A model generated the notes under the pieces. The model did no database searches and was not told the origin of the DNA. It was given only the letters and a program-made list of their open reading frames with translations. From the NCBI RefSeq assembly GCF_964213995.1, contig NC_135815.1, positions 73,594,001 to 73,658,000 on the forward strand: a stretch of DNA of 64,000 bases, read 5' to 3'. A program made the position numbers and the translations under genes. Shown here piece after piece: positions 34,422 to 45,774 of the stretch (position 1 is its first letter; each line of letters opens with the position of its first letter). Origin of the DNA: Mustelus asterias (lineage: Eukaryota).

Positions 34422-35633
34422 AACATAGAACAAAGAGAACAAAGAAAAGTACAGCACAGGAACAGGCCCTTCCGACATCCAAGCCTGTGCAGATCATAAT
34501 GCCTAACTAAACTAAACAGAAAAACCTTCTGCCCTCACTCGGTCCGTATCCCTCTTTTCCCTCCTTATTCATGTACTCATCCAGATGCCTCTTAAACATT
34601 GCTAATGTGCCTGCTTCCACCACCACCTCCATTCCAAGCACCCACCACTCTCTTCATGAAAAACTTCCCCGCACATCTCTCTCAAACTTTTCCCCTCTCA
34701 CCTTGAACCTGTGCTCCCTTGTAATTGACAATTCCACCCTTGGAAAAAGTCCCTGACTATCCACCCTATCGATGATTCTCATAATTTTGTAGGCCTCTAT
34801 CATGTCTCCCCTCAGCCTCCGTCTTTCCAGTGAAAACAATCCTAGTTTATTCAACTCCTCCTCATAGCCAACACCCTCGGGACTAGGCATCATCCTGGTG
34901 AACCACCTTTGCACTCTCTCCAAAACTTCCACGTCTTTCTGGTAGTGTGGTGACCAAAACTGCACACAATACTCCAAATGCGGCCTACCTAAGGTTTTAT
35001 ATAGCTGCAACATGATTTCCCAACTCTTGTACTCAATGCCCCAACTGATGAAGGCAAGCATGCCATATGCCTTCTTAATCACCTTGGTCACTTCTAGGGA
35101 ACTGTGGACCTGCATGCCCAGATCCCTCTAGATGTTTGGGTTCCTAAGGGTTTTGCCATTTACAGTATAACTCATACCTAAATTTGATCCTCCAAAATGC
35201 ATCACCTCACATTTGTCTGGATTAAACTCCATCTGCCATTGTTGTGCCCAAGTCTGCAATCTATCTATATCCTGTTGTACCCTCTGGCAATCAACAACTC
35301 CACCAATTTTCATGTCATCTGCAAACTTACAATCAGACCATCCACATTTTCCTCCAGATCATTTATATATACTGCAAAGAACAGAGATCCCAGCACTGAT
35401 CCCACTACTAGCTACAGATCTCCATTCTGGAAACCACCCTTCCACTGCTACTCTCTGTCTTCTATGACCAAGCCAGTTGTGTATCCATATAGCCAGTCCA
35501 CCCCGAATCCCATGTGATTTTAATTTTTGTACTAGTCTGCCATGTGGGGCCTTTTCAAATGCCTTATTAAAGTCCATATAAATTACATCCACAGCCCTTC
35601 CCTCATCAATAATCTTTGTCACCTCTTCAAAAA
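34422..35633 (-). mobile_element. 5'-truncated CR1 LINE
   Basis: ORFs 34654..35115, 35128..35313 and 35359..35622 are frameshifted CR1 RT. TGTTCT-type tail at 34422-34450. Confidence 0.92.
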
Positions 35634-37564
35634 CAAATGGAAGAAAAGAATTACGACTGTGAAGAAGAGAATATCCAGAAATATGATGAGGTGCTTCAGC
35701 TGAACATCTTCTTCATATAGGGTGAATCACGTAGATGTTGGATGATTCTGAAGTGAAGTGGACAACCTATTAGGATGGAAGTTGATATTGGTGCTGCTGT
35801 ATCTTTAATTGCTGAGATTACATACCAGCAAAAGCTGAAGCATCTTCCTTTAAAACCAGTTGATGTGATTTTAAGGTCATAGAAAGATGAGATCGTGCCA
35901 TTAAAATGTTACATCATGGCCAATGTAGCGTTGAGTGGACAAACAGTGGAATTACCTCTCCATGTGATCTGTGGTAATTTTCCAGATCTATTTGGGAAGT
36001 CATGGTTGGAGAAGATGATGCTTAATTGGACTGTTGACAACGGATTGGTCGATGCCAAAACAGACCTACAACACCTTTGTGGTGATTTTTGTGATCTTTA
36101 AAAGTATATTTGCAGATTAATGTAGTTGCTGAATCTCAACCATTGCTTACCACTGTTACTCAGAAAGGGATTTTTCATTATAAAAGTTTGCCTTTTGGAA
36201 TAACATCCACACCAGCCCTATTCCAAAGATTGATGTTTCAGATTTTAAGTGATCTCTCTGGTGTACAATGTTACCTGGATGATATTCTAATTACAGGCTC
36301 CAATGAACAAAAGCACTTGAATAATTTAGAAGCAACATTAGAACATCTTCAACCATATGTCATTGTATTAATAAAGAAAAGTGAGACTTTTTCCAGACAT
36401 CAGTCCAATATTTGGGTCACGTTATTGATAGTAAAAGTCTACATAAAATACCTAAAAATATTGGAGACCATTTTAGAAGCACCAGATCCGACGAATATGA
36501 AGCAATTGAGGTCCATTCTAGAGTTAATAAATTATGATGGCAAATTGGTTCCTAACATAACTACATTATTGAAGCCATTGCATAATTTACTACATATGAA
36601 GCAGTTATAGACTGGACAACAGAATGTGAGAAAGCATACAAGGATGTCAAAAATGCTTTGCAGAAGTCTTAAGTATTGGTTCATTTCAATCCGAAGCTTC
36701 CTTTACTGTTTGCTTGCGATGCTTCACCTTATGGAATAGGGGCAGTCACAGTGCAGCACACAGGCAAAGTGAGGCGGAATGTTGACATTTTGGTACTATG
36801 GCAATCATTTCACATATACCTTCAGGAGAACAACCAATAATGTTTGCTTCGTGTACGCTGACTAGTGCTGAATCTAACTTTGGTCAGCTAGAAAAAGAAT
36901 CATTGGGTATACTTTTAGGTGCACAAAAGTTTCATCATTATTTATATGGTCATCATTTCACATTATTGACTGACCCTTAACTACTATTTTTGGGTTGTAT
37001 AAAGACATACCATCATTAGCTGCTAGCCAATCGCAAAAATGGTCACTGATCTTATCTGCACACTCCTACAATATAAAGTATCGTCAATCAGAGTGTCATG
37101 CTAATGCTGATGCATTATCACACTTACCTTAACCTATTGAGCAGATGCCATCAAATAGTTTTGCTAATATTTTTATTTTTCGCTGGTAGATCATTCTCTT
37201 GCGCCACCTTCTCAACTTTGGAGACATACCGGAAATGATCCCATGATGGGAAAGGTAATGGATATGGTCTTGAAAGGAATGATAGCTAGAACATATTGTA
37301 CACATCCTGATTTGAAACCATATGTGTTAAGAAAGCTTGAGTTGACCGTGCAAGGTGGGTGTCTATTGTAGGGAATCCAAGTGATCATTCCACCTAGTCT
37401 GCATAGAAGAGTTCTTGAACAACTAAATGAAGGACATTTTGGTATAGTCTGGGTTAAGAAATTAGCACATAGTTATTTTTGGTGGCCAGCTCTGGATGCT
37501 CAGATTGAAGACAAAGTGGGACAGTGTCAATCCTGTGCACAAATAAGAAATACACCACCGTTAT

Positions 37565-38262
37565 ATGTGTATGGTGTATGTGTGCATAGATCCCTGAAAG
37601 TTGGGAATCAAGTAGATAAGGTTGTTAAGAAGGCATATGGTGTCTTGGCGTTTATTGGTAGGGGGATTGAATTTAGGAGTCGTAGCGTTATGTTGCAACT
37701 GTACACAACTCTGGTGCGGCCGCACTTGGAGTACTGTGTGCAGTTCTGGTCCCCACATTACAGGAAGGATGTGGAGGCTTTGGAGAGGGTGCAGAGGAGG
37801 TTTACCAGGATGTTGCCTGGTATGGAGGGGAGATCCTATGAGGAGAGGCTGAGGGATTTGGGATTGTTTTCGCTGGAAAGGCGGCGGCTAAGAGGGGATC
37901 TTATTGAAACATATAAGATGATTAGAGGTTTAGATAGGGTGGATAGTGATAGCCTTTTTCCTCTGATGGAGAAATCCAGCACGAGGGGGCATGGCTTTAA
38001 ATTGAGGGGGGGTAGTTATAGAACCGATGTCAGGGGTAGGTTCTTTACCCAGAGGGTGGTGAGGGATTGGAATGCCCTGCCAGCATCAGTTGTAAATGCG
38101 CCTAGTTTGGGGGCGTTTAAGAGATCCGTAGATAGGTTCATGGACGAAAAGAAATTGGTTTAGGTTGGAGGGTCACAGTTTTTTTTTTAACTGGTCGGTG
38201 CAACATCGTGGGCCGAAGGGCCTGTTCTGCGCTGTAATGTTCTATGTTCTATGTTCTATGTT
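37565..38262 (+). mobile_element. 5'-truncated CR1 LINE inserted in the Gypsy integrase
   Basis: Stop-free RT C-terminus to 38163. Hairpin and (TGTTCTA)3 tail. GTTAT at both junctions. Confidence 0.93.
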
Positions 38263-39994
38263 ATCCCTTTACACCTTTAGGAGTGGCCAAAAGTGCCATT
38301 CCAATGATTGCATGTAGATTTTGTTGGTCCCTGTTGGGTTACATGTTCTTAGTCATAATTGATGCACACTCAAAAGCGGCCAGACATTATCATGAGATCA
38401 ACTACATCTGAACAATCCATGGAGAAACTTGAAATCTTTGCAAGATTTGGCGAACTGGAACAGATTGTTAGCAATAATGGTTCACAGTTTACTTCACAAG
38501 AGTTTGAGGATTATTTCAAAGTAAATCCATGAATCAATGGATTAGCTGAAAGATTTGTAAAAGCCTTGAAACATTCTTTAAAGGCTTCAAAAGAGCAAGG
38601 TTCATTATCATGTCATGACAATAGCTTTTTGGCATCTTATAGAAACACAAGCGTGCAACTACCTGCATTGCTACTCAAGTTGCGAACTATGTTTGATCTG
38701 CTATTACCTCCAAAAACTTCAGAGATGATAGAGCATCAACAACAATCTCAAGTTGCTAGATGAGAAGGGCAGAACAACACTCATTTCAACAAGGAGATTG
38801 AGTGTTAGCATGTACTTATGCTACAAATGAAAAATGGATACCTGCCATAGTTTTGGCAAAAACAGGTGCAATTTCTTTTACAGTTCAAACTGAAGATGAA
38901 CTAGTTTGGTGATGCCATGCTGACTAATTGTTGTCATCTCGGAATGTTTTCTCTGGATTATCTCCAAAAGTACCAACATCTTTAGTCCCTAGTCTTGTGA
39001 ATACTACTACAGAAGACTTAGTTGAATCTGCATTGCCTGATGATTGTATGTTTGCTGGTAAACCACGTGAGAATTATGCAAAATTAGTTCCAAGAGAAGC
39101 AGTGTCTACCGCATTTTCAGATTAGTCTTCTAGGGTCAAGGACAGCCAAATTTCAGAACATCATATACAACCAAAGAGGAATACGTGTCCTGATTGACTT
39201 TCATATTGACCATGTATAGTGATTAATAGTGCATAGCACTGTGTCTAGAGAATCATTGATCCTATGTATAACATCATTGTAATTTGTTTCATGACCACAG
39301 AAATAAAGGGGGAGAGATGTTATATATTTAAATGGTTGCATGATTGCTTTCAGAGCTGATCACCTGATGTGATGGTGATGTAATTAGGGTGTTGCACAGG
39401 CTGCTGTTTTTGTTTCAGTTTGCATTCTATACAGGCAACACTTCTAGAATAAATCTGTTGTTGATAGTTTGAATCTACATTTGCAAACAATGTATTTTTC
39501 TTTTTATGTAAAACACACAACCCTTAATGTAGTTAGGACATTACAGTTAGTATCCTAATTCGAATAAGAGAGCAGCAAATTCTAGCCCACAGGTCTTAAA
39601 CACGACAACCATGAAGAATCCGGAGCCTTTGCTGCATTCAGCATACTCAGCTGTTTCCTAATATCAGAATGAACCAAATTAACTGAACAGTGACATTAAT
39701 GAGGCTGGAGACCTTGATAAGAGAGGCACAGTAAGATTATCTGTTTCTTCAAGTTGAAGATGCTTGCAAAAGGCCCCTTCCATTCACATGCATCACTAAA
39801 GTTTAACATGATGTTCACTGAACCGTCTCCTCCTCCTATTTGATAGTCCATTAGCATTCTGAAATGAATGTGGTAGGACCATAGAATTGTTGGCTATCAG
39901 ATCACTTAACACAAGCTGTAGCCTGCTCCTTTAGTGTGCCAATATCTCTGTACTGCAACTTCACTAGGTAGAGACCACTTTCTGTTTCAGAAAG

Positions 39995-40380
39995 AATAGA
40001 AAACTCATATATTATTTTAAATGGACAGAGATTGCAGAACTCAGTGGTACAGAGGGATCTGGGTGTCCTGGTCCGTGAATCACAAAAAGTTAGCATGCAG
40101 GTGATGAAGAAGGCAAATTGAATGTTGGCATATATTGCAAGGGTAATAGAATATAAAATAGAAAAGTTTTACTGTAGCTGTATCAGGCCTTAATTAGACT
40201 ACATCTGGAATACTGTATGCAGTTTTGGTTTCCTTATTTGAAAAAATATATAACTGTATTAGAAGTAGTTCTGAAAAGGTTCACTTGACTCATCCCTTGG
40301 ATGAAGAGTTTATCTTACGAAGAAAGGTTGAACAGCTTGGCCTATGCTCACTGGAGTTTAGAAGAATGAGATCTAATCTT
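39995..40380 (+). mobile_element. Decayed CR1 RT fragment
   Basis: LNGQRLQNSVVQRDLGVLV and LCSLEFRRMR remnants. Confidence 0.7.
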
Positions 40381-40552
40381 GCGATGGTAAAATCAGGCCA
40401 TTATGTCCATGTGAACTGTCTGATGGGACTTTATGTTGGGGACTGTGGTAGTTTGCAATGCTCTGCAAAAAAGTAGTCATTATATGTAAATATGTTCTTG
40501 TTTGTATATATGTTCTGAGTTGGGAAGGTTTGGACTAAGGGGGAAGGGTGTT

Positions 40553-41347
40553 CATAAGATATAGGAGCAGAATTAGGCCATTTGGCCCATCGAGTCCGCT
40601 CCGCCGTTCGATCATGGCTGATATGCTCCTCGTTCCCATTTTCCTGCCTTCTCCCCATAATCTTTAAACCCATTACCAATTAAAAATCTGTCTAACTCCA
40701 TCTTAAATTTACTCACTGTCCCAGCATCCACCGCACTTTGGGGTAGTGAATTCCACAGATTCACAATCCTTTGGGGGAAGTAGTTTCTCCTCAACTCCGT
40801 TTTAAATTTGCTACCCCTTATCCTAAGACTATGACCTCTCATCCTAGAATGCCCCACCAGTGGAAGCAGCCACTCCATGTCTACATTATCCATACCTTTT
40901 GTCATCTTGAATACCTCTATTTGATCTCCCCTCATTCTTCTAAATTCCAGAGAGTGTGGGCCTAAACTGCTCAATCTCTCTTCATACGACAAACCCTTCA
41001 TCTCTGGAATCAATCTAGTGAACCTCCTCTGAACTGCCTCCAATGCCACTACATCTTTCCTCAAAGATGGGGACCAAAACTGTGCACAATATTCCAGGTG
41101 CAGCCTCACCAATGCCTTGTACAGTTGGAACAATATTTCCTTACCTTTATATTCTATTCCTGTAGTTATAAATGCCAACATTCCATTCACTTTCTTTATT
41201 ATCTGCTGTACCTGCATGCTAGTTTTCTGTGACTCATGAACGAGATCACCCAGAGCCCTCTGCACCGGAGCACCCTGAAGTCCCTTCCCATTTAGATAAT
41301 AAGTCGCCTTCCCATTTTTGTGACCAAAATGCATGACCTCACACTTA
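40553..41347 (-). mobile_element. 5'-truncated CR1 LINE, apparently inserted just inside an LTR remnant (PPT-like AAGGGGGAAGGG then TGT at ~40548)
   Basis: ORF 40612..41412 CR1 RT C-terminus. Tail TCTTATG. LTR-like sequence resumes at ~41350. Confidence 0.88.
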
Positions 41348-41789
41348 TGTGTGATATATGTGTATATATTGTATGCCCCTTTAAGAGTGCAGGTCTGGTG
41401 ACCCCTGAGCAATTAGCTCCTCCCAGTGTGGGACCCTGTTGGGCAGTCTTGGACCTGACTGTGAATGCGTGCACACCTGAAACAAAGAACTCCCAATGTT
41501 CAAATTATCAAGCCTATCTCGTGATTCTTTATGCGCCCTTAGTCCATAGGGGCATACATAATGGAGGAGGCCAAATGCACCAAGTAAAGCTGGATAGACC
41601 ACATGACAAAGTCCCTTTGCCCACATATGTCAATGAAGTGCAACAGCAGACACATCACGCTTTATTCAGCATTACGTCAACATACAAAAAATAATTACTG
41701 TTGTGTATCTCTTTAGAGCCTAATTTCAAGTGCCCTTGCTTAGTCCATTGTTTCTACACAGTGCTACCCCTGTGGCTGCAGGGCTGGTG

Positions 41790-42200
41790 GAAGGCAGCTG
41801 ACATTCACTGGTGGAGACAACAGATGGTCTTGCAGCTGGCCTCAAGTAGCTCTGGGCCTTGAAAGCCTGGCTTCTGACTGCACCACCTTGGCATGGGCAG
41901 CAACAATCTGGTTTGACTGATTGAGAGGCAATAGGAAGGGCACTGGCAGAGTGGCAATGGTGAGAGGATGAATGCTGCCATCCTGAAGGGCAGTAGGTTT
42001 GTGTTCCACGGTGCCAGTGTCACTCCCATGAAGCAGTACCTCAGCAATCCTCATAATCTGCTGGAGCATAGGTTGCTGGATTGCTGTCAGAGACTGCATG
42101 TCCTGCACTGGAACCCCACCCATCAATTGTGGCAGTCTGAGACTCCTATGCAGTGTGAAGGAGGCACTGAGACATTAGACTGAGGCCAATCTACTCTCTC
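41790..42200 (-). mobile_element. Possible remnant of a Harbinger Myb-gene C-terminal exon
   Basis: ...VVQSEARLSRPRAT resembles the Pro/Arg-rich ends of these proteins. From recollection only. Confidence 0.3.
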
Positions 42201-42235
42201 ATGTAGATGAAAGTTACTCCATGGCATTATTTGGA

Positions 42236-42636
42236 GAAGTCTCACAACACCAGGTTAAAGTCCAACCTGGACTATTTGGTAGCACAAGCTTTTGGAGCGT
42301 TGTAACCCCCATGACTTGCCTGGGCTTGCAAAATCTCACTAACTGTCCTGGCTTAAGACAATTCACACCTCTTTGACCTGTGCTTAGCCCTCTCTCCACT
42401 CACATTGTCTGTACCTGTAAAGACTTGATTATCTGTAAAGACTCGCATTCCAACCATTATCTTGTAAATTGAGCCTGTATCTATGTATGCCCTGTTTGTG
42501 AACACAACTCTTCACTCCCCTGAAGAAGCAGCAACGCTCCAGAAGCTTGTGCTACCAAATAGACCGGTTGGACTTTAACCTGGTGTTGTGAGACTTCTTA
42601 CTGTGCTTACCCCAGTCCAACACCGCATCTCCACAT
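42236..42636 (+). mobile_element. Penelope 3' end with inverted 5' segment, inserted into a DeuSINE
   Basis: Reverse complement of 22798-23115. TSD CATTATTTGGA at 42225-42235 and 42637-42647. Confidence 0.88.
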
Positions 42637-43095
42637 CATTATTTGGAAGAACAGGGAATTCTTCAAAATGCTTTGGCCAATATTTGCTCTTTAAACAACA
42701 TTACTAAATTATCAGATAGTGGGACTTTGCTGTGCACTAATTGATTGTATGCATCTTACATTATAACAGTGACTCCATTTGAGTTTTGAGGTCATGAAAG
42801 GCTCTATATTCGTGGGTTCGTGGTGGGAGATACAGGAAGGATATCAGAGGTAGGTTCTTTACGCAGAGAGTGGTTGGGGTGTGGATGGACTGCCTGCGGT
42901 GATAGTGGAGTCAGACACTTTAGGAACATTTAAGCGGTTATTGGATAGGCACATGGAGCACACCAGGATGATAGGGAGTGGGATAGCTTGATCTTGGTTT
43001 CAGATAAAGCTCGGCACAACATCGTGGGCCGAAGGGCCTGTTCTGTGCTGTACTGTTCTATGTTCTATATAAATGTAGCTTATTTACTTAATTTC
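42637..43095 (+). mobile_element. DeuSINE 3' part with a 255-bp CR1 3' end inserted at 42811-43066
   Basis: DeuSINE-type GGGAATTCTTC...GTGGGACTTTGCTGTGCAC...GAGGTCATGAAAGGCTCTATAT|AAATG. The CR1 piece is nearly identical to 6879-7133. CTATAT is duplicated. Confidence 0.8.
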
Positions 43096-43876
43096 CTTCT
43101 GTGCTGACATATTCTTTATCACCTGTTTACTTGGTTGTGGTTTGCAGTGCTCTGTAAGAGCCAAGTAAAACATTACTTACTGTTCCAATTCTTAGTATTG
43201 GGCTCTTACAGAACCTACATCCGTAATAAATTGCACACCCAACAACCATCACCTTCATCGCCTTTTCTCTTTAACCTGTTCAGGATTCAGCAAATTAAGT
43301 TTTGCTACTTTTGAATCTTCTCAAATCCTCAGTTTTTTTAATTACTGGGGTTTTCAAAAGCTCATAATCCAATCAAAATTCAATGCATCCCCTCATGTAG
43401 CAATTCTGCTCAGATCTAAACAATTAAATAATTTGTTACATATTACATAAGCTATCTGCCCTGGAAGGTTTGAATCAATTGGTTGGTTAATTAAATTTGA
43501 CTTGTCATTATCATCTTTGCTGTCTGAAATCATTCTTCGATTTCTCAGAACTATTAACTATTTGCTTTATGTCAGTGCTTCACAAGGCTACTTATAACTG
43601 GTAACTGCGGGTTAAGCTGCACATTCCTCCTTTAGCTCAATTGCATTGACCAAACTTGAGGATATGTTCCAAACCATGACAGCTTCACAATTGATATTTG
43701 CGTGTTTATAATATGAAATGTAAACAACACAATTTAGTGAATAATCCCCGAGTTGGGCCTGCTGTGGTGTTGTGGACATAGTGCCTTTATGTTTGCTGTA
43801 ATGGTTTGCCTGCTGGTTTACTTTAAAAATTCATTTTCTTTCACAAATTTATTGCAAATTAATGCACAAAAACATT

Positions 43877-44480
43877 AGGTTGAATTTTCTCATTTTTGTC
43901 AGAGTGCCAGCTTGTATGGGAAAAGCAGTGGGTAGCCTGTTGACTGTACTGCTGGTTTTTCCCACTGAATTTTTAAAGACTGAAAAAAATCCTGAAAAAA
44001 AAGGAATCCCCACAGACACAGAACAGAACTCCTCCCCCGAGAACTCCCCCACCATGAAATTGAAACCCTCCCATCCCCCGCCACAGACACTCAACTGCTG
44101 GGCACCACAGGGGAAGTGCCAGGAGGTGGTGCTAGTGGGCAGTACCAGGGAGCAGTGCCAAGGTACTGCCTGGGTATAACCCTCTTCCCCATGGACATTA
44201 TACTAACCTGTGGGCCCCTGGTGGGTTCTTGTTCGCCAGTGAAATCACACTGCCAGGGTTGGGGAGGGGGGGATTTTCCAGTGGGGAGGCCCACTAATTA
44301 CATTTAAATGTATTACAATTGGGTTCCCATCATTGCATAGCAGGAACTCTGTTACTTCACTGGCAGGGGTGGAGACAATTGAGCGGGGAAATCCCACCAG
44401 TGTAAATGCTGTTTCAGAAGTCCTCCTGTGATTTTCCACCCCTTTGGCATTCATGACCACTGGAAGTGGGGGCAGAAAAT
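43877..44480. mobile_element. MITE remnant (Harbinger-like), right end cut by a CR1
   Basis: GGTTGAATTTTCT ... AGAAAATC termini. GGGCAGTACCAGG and GCAGTGCCAAGG motifs. Confidence 0.55.
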
Positions 44481-45503
44481 CAAAGAACAAAAAACAAAGA
44501 ACAATACAGCACAGGAACAGGCCCTTCGGCTCTCCAAGCCCGCGCCGCTCCCTGGTCCAAACTAGACCATTCTTTTGTATCCCTCCATTCCCACTCCATT
44601 CATGTGGCTATCTAGATAAGTCTTAAACGTTCCCAGTGTGTCCACCTCCACCACCTTGCCCGGCAGCGCATTCCAGGCTCCCATCACCCTCTGTGTAAAA
44701 TACGTCCTTCTGATATCCGTGTTAAACCTCCCCCCCCTCACCTTGAACCTATGACCCCTCGTGAACGTCACCACCGACCTGGGAAAAAGCTTCCCACAGT
44801 TCACCCTATCTATGCCTTTCATAATTTTATACACCTCTATTAGGTCACCTCTCATCCTCCGTCTTTCCAGTGAGAACAACCCCAGTTTACCCAATCTCTC
44901 CTCATAACTAAGCCCTTCCGTACCAGGCAACATCCTGGTAAACCTCCTCTGCACTCTCTCGAAAGCCTCCACATCCTTCTGGTAGTGTGGCGACCAGAAC
45001 TGGGCGCAGTATTCCAAATGCGGCCGAACCAACATCAGACCCCAACTTTTATACTCTATGCCCCATCCTATAAAGGCAAGCATGCCATATGCCTTATTCA
45101 CTACCTTCTCCATCTGTGACGTCACCTTCAAGGATCTGTGGACTTGCACACCCTTTATGGTTCTGCTATTTATCGTATAGCTCCCTCCTACGTTAGTTCT
45201 ACCAAAATGCATCACTTCGCATTTATCTGGATTGAACTCCATCTGCCATTTCTTTGCTCAAATTTCCAGCCTATCTATATCCTTCTGTAGCCTCTGACAA
45301 ATTTCCTCACTATCTGCAAGTCCAGCCATTTTCGTGTTGTCCGCAAACTTACTGATCACCCCAGTTACACCTTCTTTCAGATCGTTTATATAAATCACAA
45401 ACAGCAAAGGTCCCAATACAGAGCCCTGCGGAACACCACTAGTCACAGGCATCCAGCCGGAAAAAGACCCTTCCACTACCACCCTCTGTCTTCTGTGACC
45501 AAG

Positions 45504-45774
45504 ATGTGGAGATGCTGGCGTTGGACTGGGGTAAACACAGTAAGAAGTTTAACAACACCAGGTTAAAGTCCAACAGGTTTATTTGGTAGCAAAAGCCACA
45601 CAAGCTTTCGGAGCTGCAAGCCCCTTCTTCAGGTGAGTGGGGATTCTGTTCACAAACAGAGCATATAAAGACACAAACTCACCTGAAGAAGGGGCTTGCA
45701 GCTCCGAAAGCTTGTGTGGCTTTTGCTACCAAATAAACCTGTTGGACTTTAACCTGGTGTTGTTAAACTTCTTA
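45504..45774 (-). mobile_element. Penelope pLTR fold-back insertion with perfect 13-bp TSD
   Basis: TTCTGTGACCAAG at 45491-45503 and 45775-45787. Inverted arms 45541-45638 / 45677-45774. 37-nt unpaired tail 45504-45540. Confidence 0.92.
45678..45716 (+). ncRNA. Minimal type I hammerhead ribozyme core (identical twin on the minus strand at ~45599-45637)
   Basis: CTCAC-CTGAAGA-AGGGGCTTGCAGCTCC-GAAA-GCTT-GTG: CUGANGA and GAAA cores, stem II GGGGCT/AGCTCC, palindromic AGCT stem III. Confidence 0.65.

Larger units (their letters stand above)
33660..39545 (+). mobile_element. Decayed Gypsy element: gag, protease, RT, RNase H, integrase, PPT and 3' LTR; two CR1 insertions
   Basis: IRMEVDIGAAVSLI protease (~35770). 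LPFGITSTPALFQR...CYLDDILITG RT. ACDASPYGIGAV RNase H. H-x-G...FWWP...CQSC integrase Zn domain. PPT AAAGGGGGAGAGA. LTR TGT...ACA 39318-39545. Confidence 0.9.

Noticed and set aside
39860-39981. Minus-strand acceptor-like site followed by short frames
   Set aside because: All frames stop within about 26 codons and there is no convincing donor.
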